This document shows, piece after piece, positions 24,675 through 34,324 of a DNA stretch of 64,000 bases. Every line of letters starts with the position of its first letter. Within the stretch, counting starts at the first letter, position 1. The stretch covers positions 17,358 through 81,357 of the IMG/VR virus record IMGVR_UViG_3300027815_000080; one strand, written 5' to 3'. The position numbers and the translations under genes were made by a program. The notes beneath the pieces are model-generated. The model did not search any database. It was given only the letters and a program-made list of their open reading frames with translations, and was not told the DNA's origin. This DNA comes from a virus.

Positions 24675-24914
24675 TACCGCGAGACCCATGGTGGGGGCCG
24701 GCGGCCGAGTGGGCCTTCGTATTCCTCTGGGTCCTCCTGCGGCCACTCTACTGCCTCCAGCCGAGGTCATGCGTCGACTGCCGACGGGCACGGCGCTCTA
24801 CATCGCCATGATGAGCCTCGGACACGAGGGGCCGGGCTACCGGATGGGGAAGACCCTGGCCACGATGAGGCGGCGCCTCGAGGATCTATGGGCCAAGGCG
24901 ACCCTCTCCAAAGC

Positions 24915-25246
24915 GTGAAGACGTGCCCGGGTTGCCAAGGAAGAGGCGTGGTGGCCGGCGGCGGAAGGTGCAACCTGTGCCGCGGCACGGGGCTGGTCGA
25001 GGAACGCGGCTCGTCAAGGCCGAAGGCATAGACTGGACGAAATATGAGAAGGGAACGACGGGCGGCTCGAGTCAGGTGCCGCCTGAATGCGTGGCGAAGT
25101 CGGACACGGGGAGCGCGGACGATATGTGGCTGCGGACGAAAGTGACGGAGCCTCCGGTCCCGGAGGACATCTTCGTTCCGCCCACCAACGCGCTCCCGGA
25201 TCTGATGAACACAGACCTTCGGCCAGGCTGGGAGGACGTGGGCTAG
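24915..25246 (+). CDS. Hypothetical protein with zinc-ribbon N-terminus
   Basis: Start region ambiguous (GTG 24915 frame reads KTCPGCQG...CNLC; ORF track gives 24923); may be two short overlapping genes. Confidence 0.3.
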
Positions 25247-25361
25247 CATGAACAGGTTGCTTGGCGTGTTGGATGCCGCCCGCGTGCTCGGGCTGATCGT
25301 GTGCGCGGTGACTGCCCTGACCGCGCGGGCGGTCATTGATGGAGTCCGAGGAGCCTAGCCA

Positions 25362-28300
25362 GTGCCCAAGATGACTCTCCAGGAAGCGCGGGAGCTCGGC
25401 CTGCTGTCTCCCGAGGAGCTCGCGGCCATCGGCTACGGGCCGAACCCCTTCACGCCCAGAGCCGGAGCATCCTGGACCCCGAACCTCGGCATCCGGCCCG
25501 GCCTGACCTCCAGCAGTTTCTTCCGATACCCCGGCCTCTATCAGCGCCCCGGCATCTCGAGCCTGCGCTTCGGACTCGGTGGACTCAGGCAAGGGCTGAC
25601 CCTCTCGCCGGAGTCCCCGGCGCTCGGCCTGGGCGGGGTTGCCGCCCCGGTCGGGCGACCCGGAGCTCGAGGGGTGGGCTACGGGGTGTCGGGGGGTATC
25701 GCCGGCGGTATCGCGGGGGGTGTCGCGGGCGGTCGGGCGGGCATCGGAGCGGAGGGGAGCGGCAACCTCCCGACCATGATCCTCCCGGACGGGCGCCGCC
25801 TAGTCCGGATGCCGGATGGCCGGGCCTTCATCGTTGGCGGGCCCCAGCGTATGGTCAGCGCCGAAGCGCCCGAGGGGCTGGCCGCGCTTCAGGCCATGGG
25901 CTTCATCAGCCAGGGCGTCGGCGCCGTCAAGCAGCTGGCCGACCTCATCAGCCAGATCCCAGGCGGAACGCCGGGAGGGTTGCCAGGCGGGCTCCCAGGT
26001 GGAGCGCCCGGTGGGGTCGCCGAAGAGCCCGATGGCCCCGGGGCCGGGCTGGTACGGCCCGCCTCGCTCCAGCAGGGTCCGGCCACGCCGGCCGACGCGC
26101 TCCTCCCGCCTGACCTGAGCCCAGAGGATCTGGCCGCGCTCGGCGAGCTCGGGATGAACACGGATCTGCGTGGGCCGGCCGCGCCCAGTCTCTTGGATCT
26201 GAACGCTCCACCGGCTGGCCGGGCGCTCCTGAGCGGCGAGATCTCTCCTGAGGACTTCGATGTCATCGAGAACCTCGATAGGCTTCCGGCCGGGCAAGGC
26301 CCAGGGTACGTGCCGCAGCCTGGCTCGTGGACAGGGCAGCCGGAGATGTTCCCAGGCGGGATCGGAACACCAAGCGACCTCAGCCTGTCCGATGCGTTCT
26401 ACGCCCCGGGCGGCGGCAATGCCGCCTCCGTGCTGCTCGACCCCGAGACCCGGCGCCTCTACGAGCTCGGCCTGACCCCGGAGCAGATCATGGGGATGAT
26501 GCCAGCGCCGAACACGGACCGCAGGGCCGACACCGCCCCTCGAGGGCTCGGACCCGAATCATCCGATATCTTCGCGCCGGAGCCTGGGCCCGAGGGTGGC
26601 GTCAACTTCACCCTCGGCAACACCCTCGGCCTGGGCCAGAGCTTGCTCGGGGTCGGGCAGGGCGCGGTGACGGGCGACCCCACGACCCTCATCAAGGGCC
26701 TGTTGCAGTCCGGGGTCTCGCTCGCCGACATTGCGAACATCCCAGGCCTGAAGGGATACCTCGGGGGGGCCGGGGCCGCCGCGGGCCTCGGCCAGGCGCT
26801 CGCACAAGGCGATCTCATGGGAGCCGCCAAGGCGGTGCCGGGTCTCCTCAGCGCGGCCCAAACCATCGCGCCGGAGACGAGCGCGGGTCTCCTGGACAAA
26901 CTGGGCCTGTCCAATCTCAACCTCGGTGGCGCCGGTGGAGCCCTCGGCGCGCTCCTCAGTCTCTACAATCTCGGCCAGAGTGGGGGCCTGACGAGCGGGA
27001 ACTTCGCGCAGACGGAACAGGCCCTCCGGGGCCTCCCGGACATGACGATCAAGGCCCTGGTCAATTCGGGCCTCCTGGACAAGGCGGCGGTGGGCGCCGG
27101 GGGCGCGGGGGGCCTGGGCGGGTACGCCAACGCCGCCGGGGCCGTCGTGGGCATGCTCCCCGGGGCCCTGGCGGCGGGTGGGATCCTCACGGACCCGGAA
27201 GAGCAGGCGCAGGCTGAGATGGCCGCGACGCTGGCGCAGGCCGGCATCACGGCCGCGACCGTGGCCCCGGCCATTGCGACCGCAGCCGCCGGGGGGGCTG
27301 TCGGCGCCGCCGGGGCCGGGATCGTCGGCGCCGCCACCCTGCCCATCGCGCTCATCCAGGCGTACAAGGGCATGCAGGACGCCGCGACATACAAGAAGGA
27401 GATGGCGCAGTTCAAGAAAGACATGGCCGGGCCGCTTCGGGAACTCCAGGGCTTCATCCCCAAGGACGCCCCCAAGGCGTTTGAAACCATCATGAACCCG
27501 CGCGCGTCCTCCGAGGAAGTCAAAGCCTCCTACGACCGGGCCAAGTACCTCCAAACGCTCTACAACGAGTACGACCGGCACATCAAGGGCGGGGGCGCGG
27601 TGAGCGTGGGGGGCAAGAACATCCAGGGCTACACGCAGGGGATGGAGCAGAAGTTCGCGCCGTTCATGCAGATGAACGAGGCCGCGCTCATGCTCGGGCA
27701 GGATCGGCTCACGCAAGCCGGCGTGGCGTTCGACCCGTTCTTCCGCGCCGGGAGCGATCCCCGGTCGCCCGTCTTTACGGCGTTCGGGGCCGATTCCCCC
27801 TTCCTCTCCGAGAACTTCTACGGCTATGAAGCGGGCCGGGACCAGGCCCAGCGGGAGGCCCTGGCGAAGAATGCGGCATGGCTCCAAGAGGTGCGGGCGA
27901 ATCAGGCCCGGGAAGCGATGGCGAACGGCATGGCCGTGCTCCCAGGCGACGTCGCCGGGGCCCCGGCGACCGGGCCCATCACCCCGGAGGAAATCGAGAT
28001 CGCCATGGGCGCCGGTGGGGCGCAAGGGAACTTCCTCCGCAGTACCCGGTGGAATCCTGCCGTGCAGCCCCAGGTGGACGCCGCCTTCCAGGGCAACACG
28101 CTCCTCGGTGGACTCCGGACGCTCGCGGGGCAATACGGCGTGGATATTCGGAGTCCCTACCTCCGGCTGGCCATGCAGTACTCGGCCGCCCCCCAGCCCT
28201 CGGCGCCACAGCCAGCCGACGCCAGGGGCCCCATGGCCTTCGACCCGCTCAAGTTCCTCTCCAGCCTCGAGGCCGGGGAGCGGGCCCAGATCCAGTCCGG

Positions 28301-29747
28301 CCAGGACACCCTGACCTTCGTACCCTACAAGCCGGAACAGTCGAGCCAGTTCTCGGCGCCCGAGTCCGGCTACCAGCAGATCGGCGAGGGGTTCTACGCC
28401 AAGTCGTCCGGCCAGGGTGCCGGCGCCGAGATCTACCTCCCGCAGGACCGGGCCTCCGACCTCGGCAAGGCGCTGGCGGGCTACCAGGGGTCCCCGGTCG
28501 CCGGGCAGCTAGGGGCGCTCCTGGCCACGCCGGTCCCGTCAGGGCAGGAGGCAGGCGCGACCCCGGGCGCGGGCCCCGCCGGCGACATCGTCCCCGAGGC
28601 GGTCGCGGCCGGGACGAGCGCCACCGAGCCGGCGACAGGCACCGTGGCCCCACCGCCGGACGCGACCCAGCCGCTACCGGGCGCGGGCTTCAAGAAGGGC
28701 GGGACGGTGCCGAAGACCGGCCAGTACCAGCTGCACAAGGGCGAGGTCGTGGTGCCGGCCGATCGAGCCGACGACATCCTCGACCCCGCGAAGGATATGG
28801 AGGACGAGGGCCGGCTGAACGAGACCCTCCAGGGCATGCGGAAGGACGGAACCCTGAAGCTCGGCCCCAGCGGCCGGCCGCTCCAAATGCCGAAGATGGG
28901 CCCCGGCCCCTTCGAGCGCGGCTTGGACACCACCATGCCGGACGAGGCGAAGGCCCCGGCCGAGAAGGGCTGGTACGTCCACATCAAGGAAGGGGTCCCG
29001 AGCCAGGACCTCGACGGCAACGACCCGATGGTCCGTCGGCTGGCCTTCACACCGGATGAGGTGGAGCAGGCCCTCGAGGACGGCGAGGCCCCGATCATGG
29101 TAGGGAAGGGCGTCCTGGCCCTGCCGCCCTCAGCGATCCGCGGGTTCCTTCAGAACGCCCAGAACATGCAGAACAAGGACCCGATGAAGCATCCGGCCAT
29201 GGTCGCCATGGGCCACCGGATCCGGCAGGCCCAGTCGATGAAGCCGGAGGGTGACACGCTCCCGGGCGGTGGGGGCCCGCCCGCCAGGCCTTTCGGCAAG
29301 CCACGTTTCCGGGGTGATCGCGGCCAGGGCACCGACCGTCCACTCGATTCTGTCTCGGCTCCGTCGGAGATCGGCGGGGGCCTGACCGGCGCGGACGACA
29401 CCTTCAGAAACATGGACGTGCTGCCGAAGTCCTTGCCGCATATGCCCTCGATCCCGGGGGCCGTACCGCTGCCGGACACGTTCCAGACCCGCGGCCTCGG
29501 GGGGCCAGGGATCGCCCGCGCCATGCGCCTCGCGCAGGGCCCCGCCGAAGACTTCGCCAGGCAGGATCGGATGCTCGAGGGGATCGACCGTGGCACGATC
29601 GCCCCGTCCACCCTCGGGGGTGCCAGCCGGGAGCAGCGGCAACACCTGACACCCGAGGACATCATGCGTCGGCCGGCGAGGCCCGCCGGTGCGCCACAGC
29701 CCCAGCCCGGCCTGCTCGAGCAATTTCGTCGCCGGATCACCGGATAG
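25362..29747 (+). CDS. Large Gly/Ala/Pro-rich internal-virion (ejection-like) protein, 1461 aa
   Basis: Long hydrophobic Gly/Ala tracts; FKKGGTVPKTGQYQLHKGEVVVP motif; GGAGGAG SD. Confidence 0.6.
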   Translation: MPKMTLQEARELGLLSPEELAAIGYGPNPFTPRAGASWTPNLGIRPGLTSSSFFRYPGLYQRPGISSLRFGLGGLRQGLTLSPESPALGLGGVAAPVGRPGARGVGYGVSGGIAGGIAGGVAGGRAGIGAEGSGNLPTMILPDGRRLVRMPDGRAFIVGGPQRMVSAEAPEGLAALQAMGFISQGVGAVKQLADLISQIPGGTPGGLPGGLPGGAPGGVAEEPDGPGAGLVRPASLQQGPATPADALLPPDLSPEDLAALGELGMNTDLRGPAAPSLLDLNAPPAGRALLSGEISPEDFDVIENLDRLPAGQGPGYVPQPGSWTGQPEMFPGGIGTPSDLSLSDAFYAPGGGNAASVLLDPETRRLYELGLTPEQIMGMMPAPNTDRRADTAPRGLGPESSDIFAPEPGPEGGVNFTLGNTLGLGQSLLGVGQGAVTGDPTTLIKGLLQSGVSLADIANIPGLKGYLGGAGAAAGLGQALAQGDLMGAAKAVPGLLSAAQTIAPETSAGLLDKLGLSNLNLGGAGGALGALLSLYNLGQSGGLTSGNFAQTEQALRGLPDMTIKALVNSGLLDKAAVGAGGAGGLGGYANAAGAVVGMLPGALAAGGILTDPEEQAQAEMAATLAQAGITAATVAPAIATAAAGGAVGAAGAGIVGAATLPIALIQAYKGMQDAATYKKEMAQFKKDMAGPLRELQGFIPKDAPKAFETIMNPRASSEEVKASYDRAKYLQTLYNEYDRHIKGGGAVSVGGKNIQGYTQGMEQKFAPFMQMNEAALMLGQDRLTQAGVAFDPFFRAGSDPRSPVFTAFGADSPFLSENFYGYEAGRDQAQREALAKNAAWLQEVRANQAREAMANGMAVLPGDVAGAPATGPITPEEIEIAMGAGGAQGNFLRSTRWNPAVQPQVDAAFQGNTLLGGLRTLAGQYGVDIRSPYLRLAMQYSAAPQPSAPQPADARGPMAFDPLKFLSSLEAGERAQIQSGQDTLTFVPYKPEQSSQFSAPESGYQQIGEGFYAKSSGQGAGAEIYLPQDRASDLGKALAGYQGSPVAGQLGALLATPVPSGQEAGATPGAGPAGDIVPEAVAAGTSATEPATGTVAPPPDATQPLPGAGFKKGGTVPKTGQYQLHKGEVVVPADRADDILDPAKDMEDEGRLNETLQGMRKDGTLKLGPSGRPLQMPKMGPGPFERGLDTTMPDEAKAPAEKGWYVHIKEGVPSQDLDGNDPMVRRLAFTPDEVEQALEDGEAPIMVGKGVLALPPSAIRGFLQNAQNMQNKDPMKHPAMVAMGHRIRQAQSMKPEGDTLPGGGGPPARPFGKPRFRGDRGQGTDRPLDSVSAPSEIGGGLTGADDTFRNMDVLPKSLPHMPSIPGAVPLPDTFQTRGLGGPGIARAMRLAQGPAEDFARQDRMLEGIDRGTIAPSTLGGASREQRQHLTPEDIMRRPARPAGAPQPQPGLLEQFRRRITG

Positions 29748-29755
29748 GAGAGCCC

Positions 29756-29983
29756 ATGGCCAAGAAGAAGAAGAGCAGCAGCATGGACGTGATACTCGGC
29801 GGCGCCATGCCGGGCGCCTACAAGCCCCCGACCAAGGCGGAGATCATCAAGTCCGAGTCCAAGTACATCGGCCAGCGGATCGCCGACGCGGATCCCAAGG
29901 TGAAGAAGGTCAGGGACGAGATCAGCCGCGCAGTCGAGCGAGCGGTTCGACGTGCGCTCACCGGGAAGAAAGACGAGGCCTAG
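29756..29983 (+). CDS. Small basic protein
   Basis: AGGAG SD; MAKKKKSS. Confidence 0.65.
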   Translation: MAKKKKSSSMDVILGGAMPGAYKPPTKAEIIKSESKYIGQRIADADPKVKKVRDEISRAVERAVRRALTGKKDEA

Positions 29984-29987
29984 CTAG

Positions 29988-30449
29988 GTGCTCAGGGCTA
30001 CCGACCTCGCTTGGGCAGCGGGCTTCCTTGAGGGGGAAGGCTCATTCGGATGCTGGCAGCATGGTCGTTACCGGCGGCTGACTGTTTCAGCTGTTCAGGT
30101 CCAGAGAGAGCCGCTGGAGCGGCTTCAGAAGATCTTCGGCGGGAACATCTGCATAGGCCACTCGAAGAAGAAGAATGAGCAAGACAGGTACAAATGGTCG
30201 TTCGACTCAGCCAGGGCAGCGGGCCTCATGATGACGGTCTACGCCTACATGAGTCCACGCAGGCGGGAACAGATTCAGGCGGCCCTAGCTCAATGGAAAA
30301 TAGCGCCCGTCGAGCGCAAGTACCGCACGCACTGCCAAGCCAAACATCCTTACTCAGGGACCAACCTCATCATTCGCAAGGACGGCGCTCGTGTGTGCCG
30401 GGAGTGTTGTAATGCGGCGCAGCGCAGGTGGTACGGGGCCGCGGCGTAG
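29988..30449 (+). CDS. Free-standing LAGLIDADG homing endonuclease with C-terminal zinc finger
   Basis: WAAGFLEGEGSF; THCQAKHPYSGTN...VCREC; lower GC3. Confidence 0.85.
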   Translation: MLRATDLAWAAGFLEGEGSFGCWQHGRYRRLTVSAVQVQREPLERLQKIFGGNICIGHSKKKNEQDRYKWSFDSARAAGLMMTVYAYMSPRRREQIQAALAQWKIAPVERKYRTHCQAKHPYSGTNLIIRKDGARVCRECCNAAQRRWYGAAA

Positions 30450-30451
30450 CC

Positions 30452-32695
30452 ATGGCGACGAACCGGGACCTGGAGGACATCGTCACCGCGGGGATCGGGT
30501 CAACCGACGGCCCGAGCCTCGGTGTCGGGGTCCTGAACCAGTCCGCGGAGCCCGAGGCCCCCAACAACATCGCCCTCGCGCAGCAGATCCGGACCTGGTT
30601 CGCCGAGGCCTGGGGCCACCCCCTGTGGGAGAAGTACCGCCGGGAAGCCGACGAGGACATGGGCTTCTACATCGGCGGGGACGGCCAGTGGTCCATGGAC
30701 GGCTCCCTCGAGGACCTCGCCCGGATCAAGAAGATGAAGAAGGCCCACGTGTCCATCAACCACGTGCAGAGCGTGGTGGACGTGCTGACCGGCTTCGAGC
30801 GCCAGAACCGCTACGACCTGAAGGCCGCCCCCATGGGCGACGAGGATGTCGAGCAGGCCAACCTGTTCTCGATGCTGATGAAGCACGAGCAGGACAAGCT
30901 CGACGCCGCCTCGGTCCTGAGCGAGTGCTTCGAGAACGGGACGATCCAGGGTGCCAGCTGCGTCTTCGTCGGCATCGACTGGTCCTACGACCCGCTCTTC
31001 GGCGACATCCTGGTCGAGCTCCTGGTCCCGGGCATGGATGTACTCTGGGACCCGGCGGTCAAGAAGCTCGACTTCTCGGACGGCCGCTACGTCTTCCGCT
31101 GGCGGCACGCCACCCTCGAGGACCTGTGCGCCACCTACCCGGAGCACGCGAGCAAGCTCCGGGCAGAGACCGAGGCGCTGGACCAGGGGATCCGGGACGC
31201 GACGGTGGCGGGCCCCCCCGAGGTCCTCCAGCAGTTCGACCGGAAGGACGGCTACGGCGGGGTCCTGAGCCACCCGCTCGAGGCCCACGGGATGCAGCAG
31301 ATGTTCTACTCCGGCACCGAGAAGAAGCTGATGGTGGTGGAGTGCTGGTATCGGGACTACGAGGACGTGGCCGTCGTCGCCGACAAGGAGTCGGGCCGGA
31401 TCTGGGAGATCGAGAAGAAGAAGGGGGGCCCGGATCCCTGGACCGTGGCCAAGCAGACCGCGGCCACGGACGACGAGCGGCTCACGGCCATCCGCCGCAA
31501 GCGCCGGATCATCCGCATGGCCCTCTGCGTGCCGGCTACCTACCGGGTCCTCGAGGAAGACGACACCCCCTACGACAACGACACCCAGCACTTCCCCTTC
31601 GCCGCCTACATCGCCAAGAAGAAGAAGGACGTGATGTACGGGGTGGTCCGGAACCTGAAGGATCCGCAGCGGGTGGAGAACCACCGGGAGAGCCAGGCGC
31701 TCGACATCCTCTCCCGGTTCGGGAACATCCGCCGGATCGCCACCGAGAACACCCTCGCCAACCCCCGCGAGCTCGAGGACCAGTGGTCGAGCAAAACCCT
31801 GTGGGTGAAGAGCGGCGCCCAGCCGCCCGGGTGGGACGTGCCGCCCATGGGCGAGATCCTCAAGGCGCTCTTCACCACCGGCGACCGCGGCAAGCTCTCC
31901 GTCCGCGAGGTGTCCGGCATCAACACCGACCTCCTCGGGATCAAGGGCGACGACGCCTCTGGCATCGCCATCGCCCGCCGGCAGGCCCAGGGCCAGACCA
32001 TCTCGACGGTCTTCTTCGACAACTACCGGCAGATGAAGCGCAACTTCGGCCGGCGGCTGGCGAAGCGGATTCAACAGGTCTACTCCTACGAGAAGACCGT
32101 CCGGCTGACCAGCCCCACCGGGGAGGGCGACATCGTCCTGAAGGTCAACCCGGCGGAGAACAAGAAGCGGGATGAGGAGGGGCGGCTCCAGGAAGCCGGG
32201 TCCCTCGGGATGCGGGAGCAGGAGGCGCAGCCGACCGGGCTTTCCAAGCCGAAGGTCCTCCGCGACGTGTCGAGCCTCGACTACGATGTCCTGATCGCCG
32301 AGACCCCGGCCACGCCGTCGATGCGGTCGATGGCCCTGCTCGCCCTGCTCGAGATCATCGGCAAGGTCCCCGGGATCGCCCCGGCCCTCATGGACATCAT
32401 CATCGACCTTTCTGACCTGCCGGACAGAGACCGCGTAAAACAGCGAGTGGTGGCTATGATGAAGGCGCAGGGCCTCATCCCACCCGAGCCCGGCGACACC
32501 CCGCCCGGTCAGCCCGGTCCCGGTGGCCCCGCGCCTGGGGGCGCCCCCAGCGGGACGCCGCCGCCTGACGCCGCGCCCGGCCCGAGCGGAGGCTCCCTCG
32601 GCCCGCCGCCTGGGGCTCCGCCCGGAGGGGCGCTCCCGATGGCCGGGCCCGGAGGGGCGCCGAGCGCCGCGCCGCCCATGCCGGTGAACCCGTGA
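30452..32695 (+). CDS. Portal protein (P22-like)
   Basis: EDMGFYIG.GQW, SINHVQSVVDVLTGFERQNR, YGVVRNLKDPQ..EN, EVSGINTDLLG, SGIAIARRQ.QG, FDNY; Pro-rich tail. Confidence 0.9.
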   Translation: MATNRDLEDIVTAGIGSTDGPSLGVGVLNQSAEPEAPNNIALAQQIRTWFAEAWGHPLWEKYRREADEDMGFYIGGDGQWSMDGSLEDLARIKKMKKAHVSINHVQSVVDVLTGFERQNRYDLKAAPMGDEDVEQANLFSMLMKHEQDKLDAASVLSECFENGTIQGASCVFVGIDWSYDPLFGDILVELLVPGMDVLWDPAVKKLDFSDGRYVFRWRHATLEDLCATYPEHASKLRAETEALDQGIRDATVAGPPEVLQQFDRKDGYGGVLSHPLEAHGMQQMFYSGTEKKLMVVECWYRDYEDVAVVADKESGRIWEIEKKKGGPDPWTVAKQTAATDDERLTAIRRKRRIIRMALCVPATYRVLEEDDTPYDNDTQHFPFAAYIAKKKKDVMYGVVRNLKDPQRVENHRESQALDILSRFGNIRRIATENTLANPRELEDQWSSKTLWVKSGAQPPGWDVPPMGEILKALFTTGDRGKLSVREVSGINTDLLGIKGDDASGIAIARRQAQGQTISTVFFDNYRQMKRNFGRRLAKRIQQVYSYEKTVRLTSPTGEGDIVLKVNPAENKKRDEEGRLQEAGSLGMREQEAQPTGLSKPKVLRDVSSLDYDVLIAETPATPSMRSMALLALLEIIGKVPGIAPALMDIIIDLSDLPDRDRVKQRVVAMMKAQGLIPPEPGDTPPGQPGPGGPAPGGAPSGTPPPDAAPGPSGGSLGPPPGAPPGGALPMAGPGGAPSAAPPMPVNP

Positions 32696-32988
32696 GCGAC
32701 TACCGGCTCCCCTCCTGGATCCCGGAGGACGTGTCGGAGGCGCTCAGGTGCGCGGCCACGGCGGGCTGGCACGGGAAGGTCGAGATTCACTTCAACGACG
32801 GCCAGGCCGCTGAGATCCACGCGACCCGCCGCGTCCGGGTGAAGCGGAAGGTGGGGGGCTTGGCCGCGCCAAAGTGCCCGGAGTGCCAGCGCGAGATGGA
32901 GTCGCGGGACTACGGGAACCTGTGGCTCTGCTCCTGCGGGGCCAAGCGGACTAGGGCCCAGATGGCCCAACGAGGAGTAGCCGTCTGA
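32692..32988 (+). CDS. Small protein with zinc ribbon
   Basis: GKVEIHFNDG; CPEC...CSCG. Confidence 0.65.
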   Translation: MSDYRLPSWIPEDVSEALRCAATAGWHGKVEIHFNDGQAAEIHATRRVRVKRKVGGLAAPKCPECQREMESRDYGNLWLCSCGAKRTRAQMAQRGVAV

Positions 32989-33076
32989 AAAACGTGATAC
33001 CACCGCTGGTGAATCGGGTAACGTGGACACCATGAGATAGAAACAAGCCTCAACCCCGGGTCAAGCCGAACAACGG

Positions 33077-33121
33077 ACGGCCAGATGAGCGCCTTCAGGG
33101 CACTCGCTGGCCGTTTTTTTT
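33077..33121 (+). terminator. Rho-independent terminator upstream of scaffold/capsid genes
   Basis: ACGGCCAG/CTGGCCGT stem with extended inner pairing, followed by 8 T. Confidence 0.8.
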
Positions 33122-33254
33122 GTCTGGCCCAACCCGTTTCGACTCCCGGCGTTTCCGGGAGGTGGGCTCCGGCACATCCACGGAGCGGGGCCGGCGGCCC
33201 TTGGATCCGCCGACTCGGGTGCCACCCCGTACAAGGCGAAAGAGGAGAGACCTG

Positions 33255-34289
33255 ATGGCAGGAGCAGCCGCAGCCAAGGAACCGAACGTGCGCACCGCCG
33301 AAGCCGACGCCGCAGACGAGGTATTCGAGCTCGACGAGATCCCGGAAGGGGTCAAGCTCGAGGCCGACGCAGCCGGGGATGTCAAGCCGGATGCCGAGAC
33401 CGAAGTCGAGACCGAGGACCCGCCGAAGGGCAAGGCCAAGGCCGCCAAGAAGCCCGCCGCCAAGGAAGATGATCGGCTCCCCGCTTCGACCCGCGAAGAG
33501 CGCGAGAAGCGGAAGAAGTACACGAAGCTCTGGGAAGAGACCGCGGCCGAGAAGGAGCAGCTGGAAGCCCAGTTGCGTGCCGCCCGCGGGCAGCATCCAG
33601 TCGCCGCATCCAAGTTGACCGCCGAGCAGCGCGCGACCCTCAAGGAGCGGGCCAACAAGGCCGAGACCATGGGGGACCTGCTCGAAGTCGCGCTCGAGGA
33701 GATCGAGCGCCGCGAAGTCCGTATGGAGAACGCCATCCGCGAGGAGCGGTTCAACCGCTACCTGCACGTGTCCGAAGCCCTCGCCAGGACCCGCTTCACC
33801 GGGTACGACAAGGTCCTGAAGGAGGCGGGGATCCTCGACGCCGTGGCCGTGAAGGACAACGGCCAGTTCGCGGATCCGGCCATCGCCCACAAGATCTACA
33901 ACAGCCAGGACCCCGGCGAGATGGCCTACACGATGGCATGCGGACGACTCGAGAAGGACGGTCGGCTGGATGAGGTACTCGGAACCCAGGGCGAGACGGT
34001 TGTCGAGGACGACGAGCCGGAGCCGAAGGCGGAGAAGGGCGGCAAGTCCGAGAAGGCGTCGGACGAGCGGCGGGCGGGCGCACGGGAGGTCATCGAGGCT
34101 GTATCGGGTCATTCCTCCAAGCCGCGGGGCCTATCGGCTCTGAAGGCCGGGACACCGCCACCGAAGAAGGGCGTCAGTCGCAAGGACCTCGACCGCATGT
34201 CGGACGAGGACCCGAACGGGCTGGCGACTCTCTTCAAGGCGCAGCCCAGGCTGAAAGAGTGGTGGCTCGGCGGGGTTGAGGCGGTCTGA
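33255..34289 (+). CDS. Capsid scaffolding protein
   Basis: Acidic N-terminus, coiled coil, DPGEMAY..A motif; lies between portal and capsid; GAGGAG SD. Confidence 0.8.
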   Translation: MAGAAAAKEPNVRTAEADAADEVFELDEIPEGVKLEADAAGDVKPDAETEVETEDPPKGKAKAAKKPAAKEDDRLPASTREEREKRKKYTKLWEETAAEKEQLEAQLRAARGQHPVAASKLTAEQRATLKERANKAETMGDLLEVALEEIERREVRMENAIREERFNRYLHVSEALARTRFTGYDKVLKEAGILDAVAVKDNGQFADPAIAHKIYNSQDPGEMAYTMACGRLEKDGRLDEVLGTQGETVVEDDEPEPKAEKGGKSEKASDERRAGAREVIEAVSGHSSKPRGLSALKAGTPPPKKGVSRKDLDRMSDEDPNGLATLFKAQPRLKEWWLGGVEAV

Positions 34290-34324
34290 CCAATCCCGGC
34301 AGCACCTAGAGGAGAAACACGACC

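Noticed and set aside
30500-32074. 524-aa minus-strand ORF over the portal, and similar long antisense ORFs (7709-9298, 26559-28133, 34109-35263, 41611-43221, 60819-62447, 62493-63896)
   Set aside because: Shadow frames of GC3-biased genes: no SD or promoter seen, unnatural composition, no motifs
33120-33254. Upstream extension of the scaffold ORF given in the track
   Set aside because: Begins inside the terminator T-tract; a strong SD supports ATG 33255
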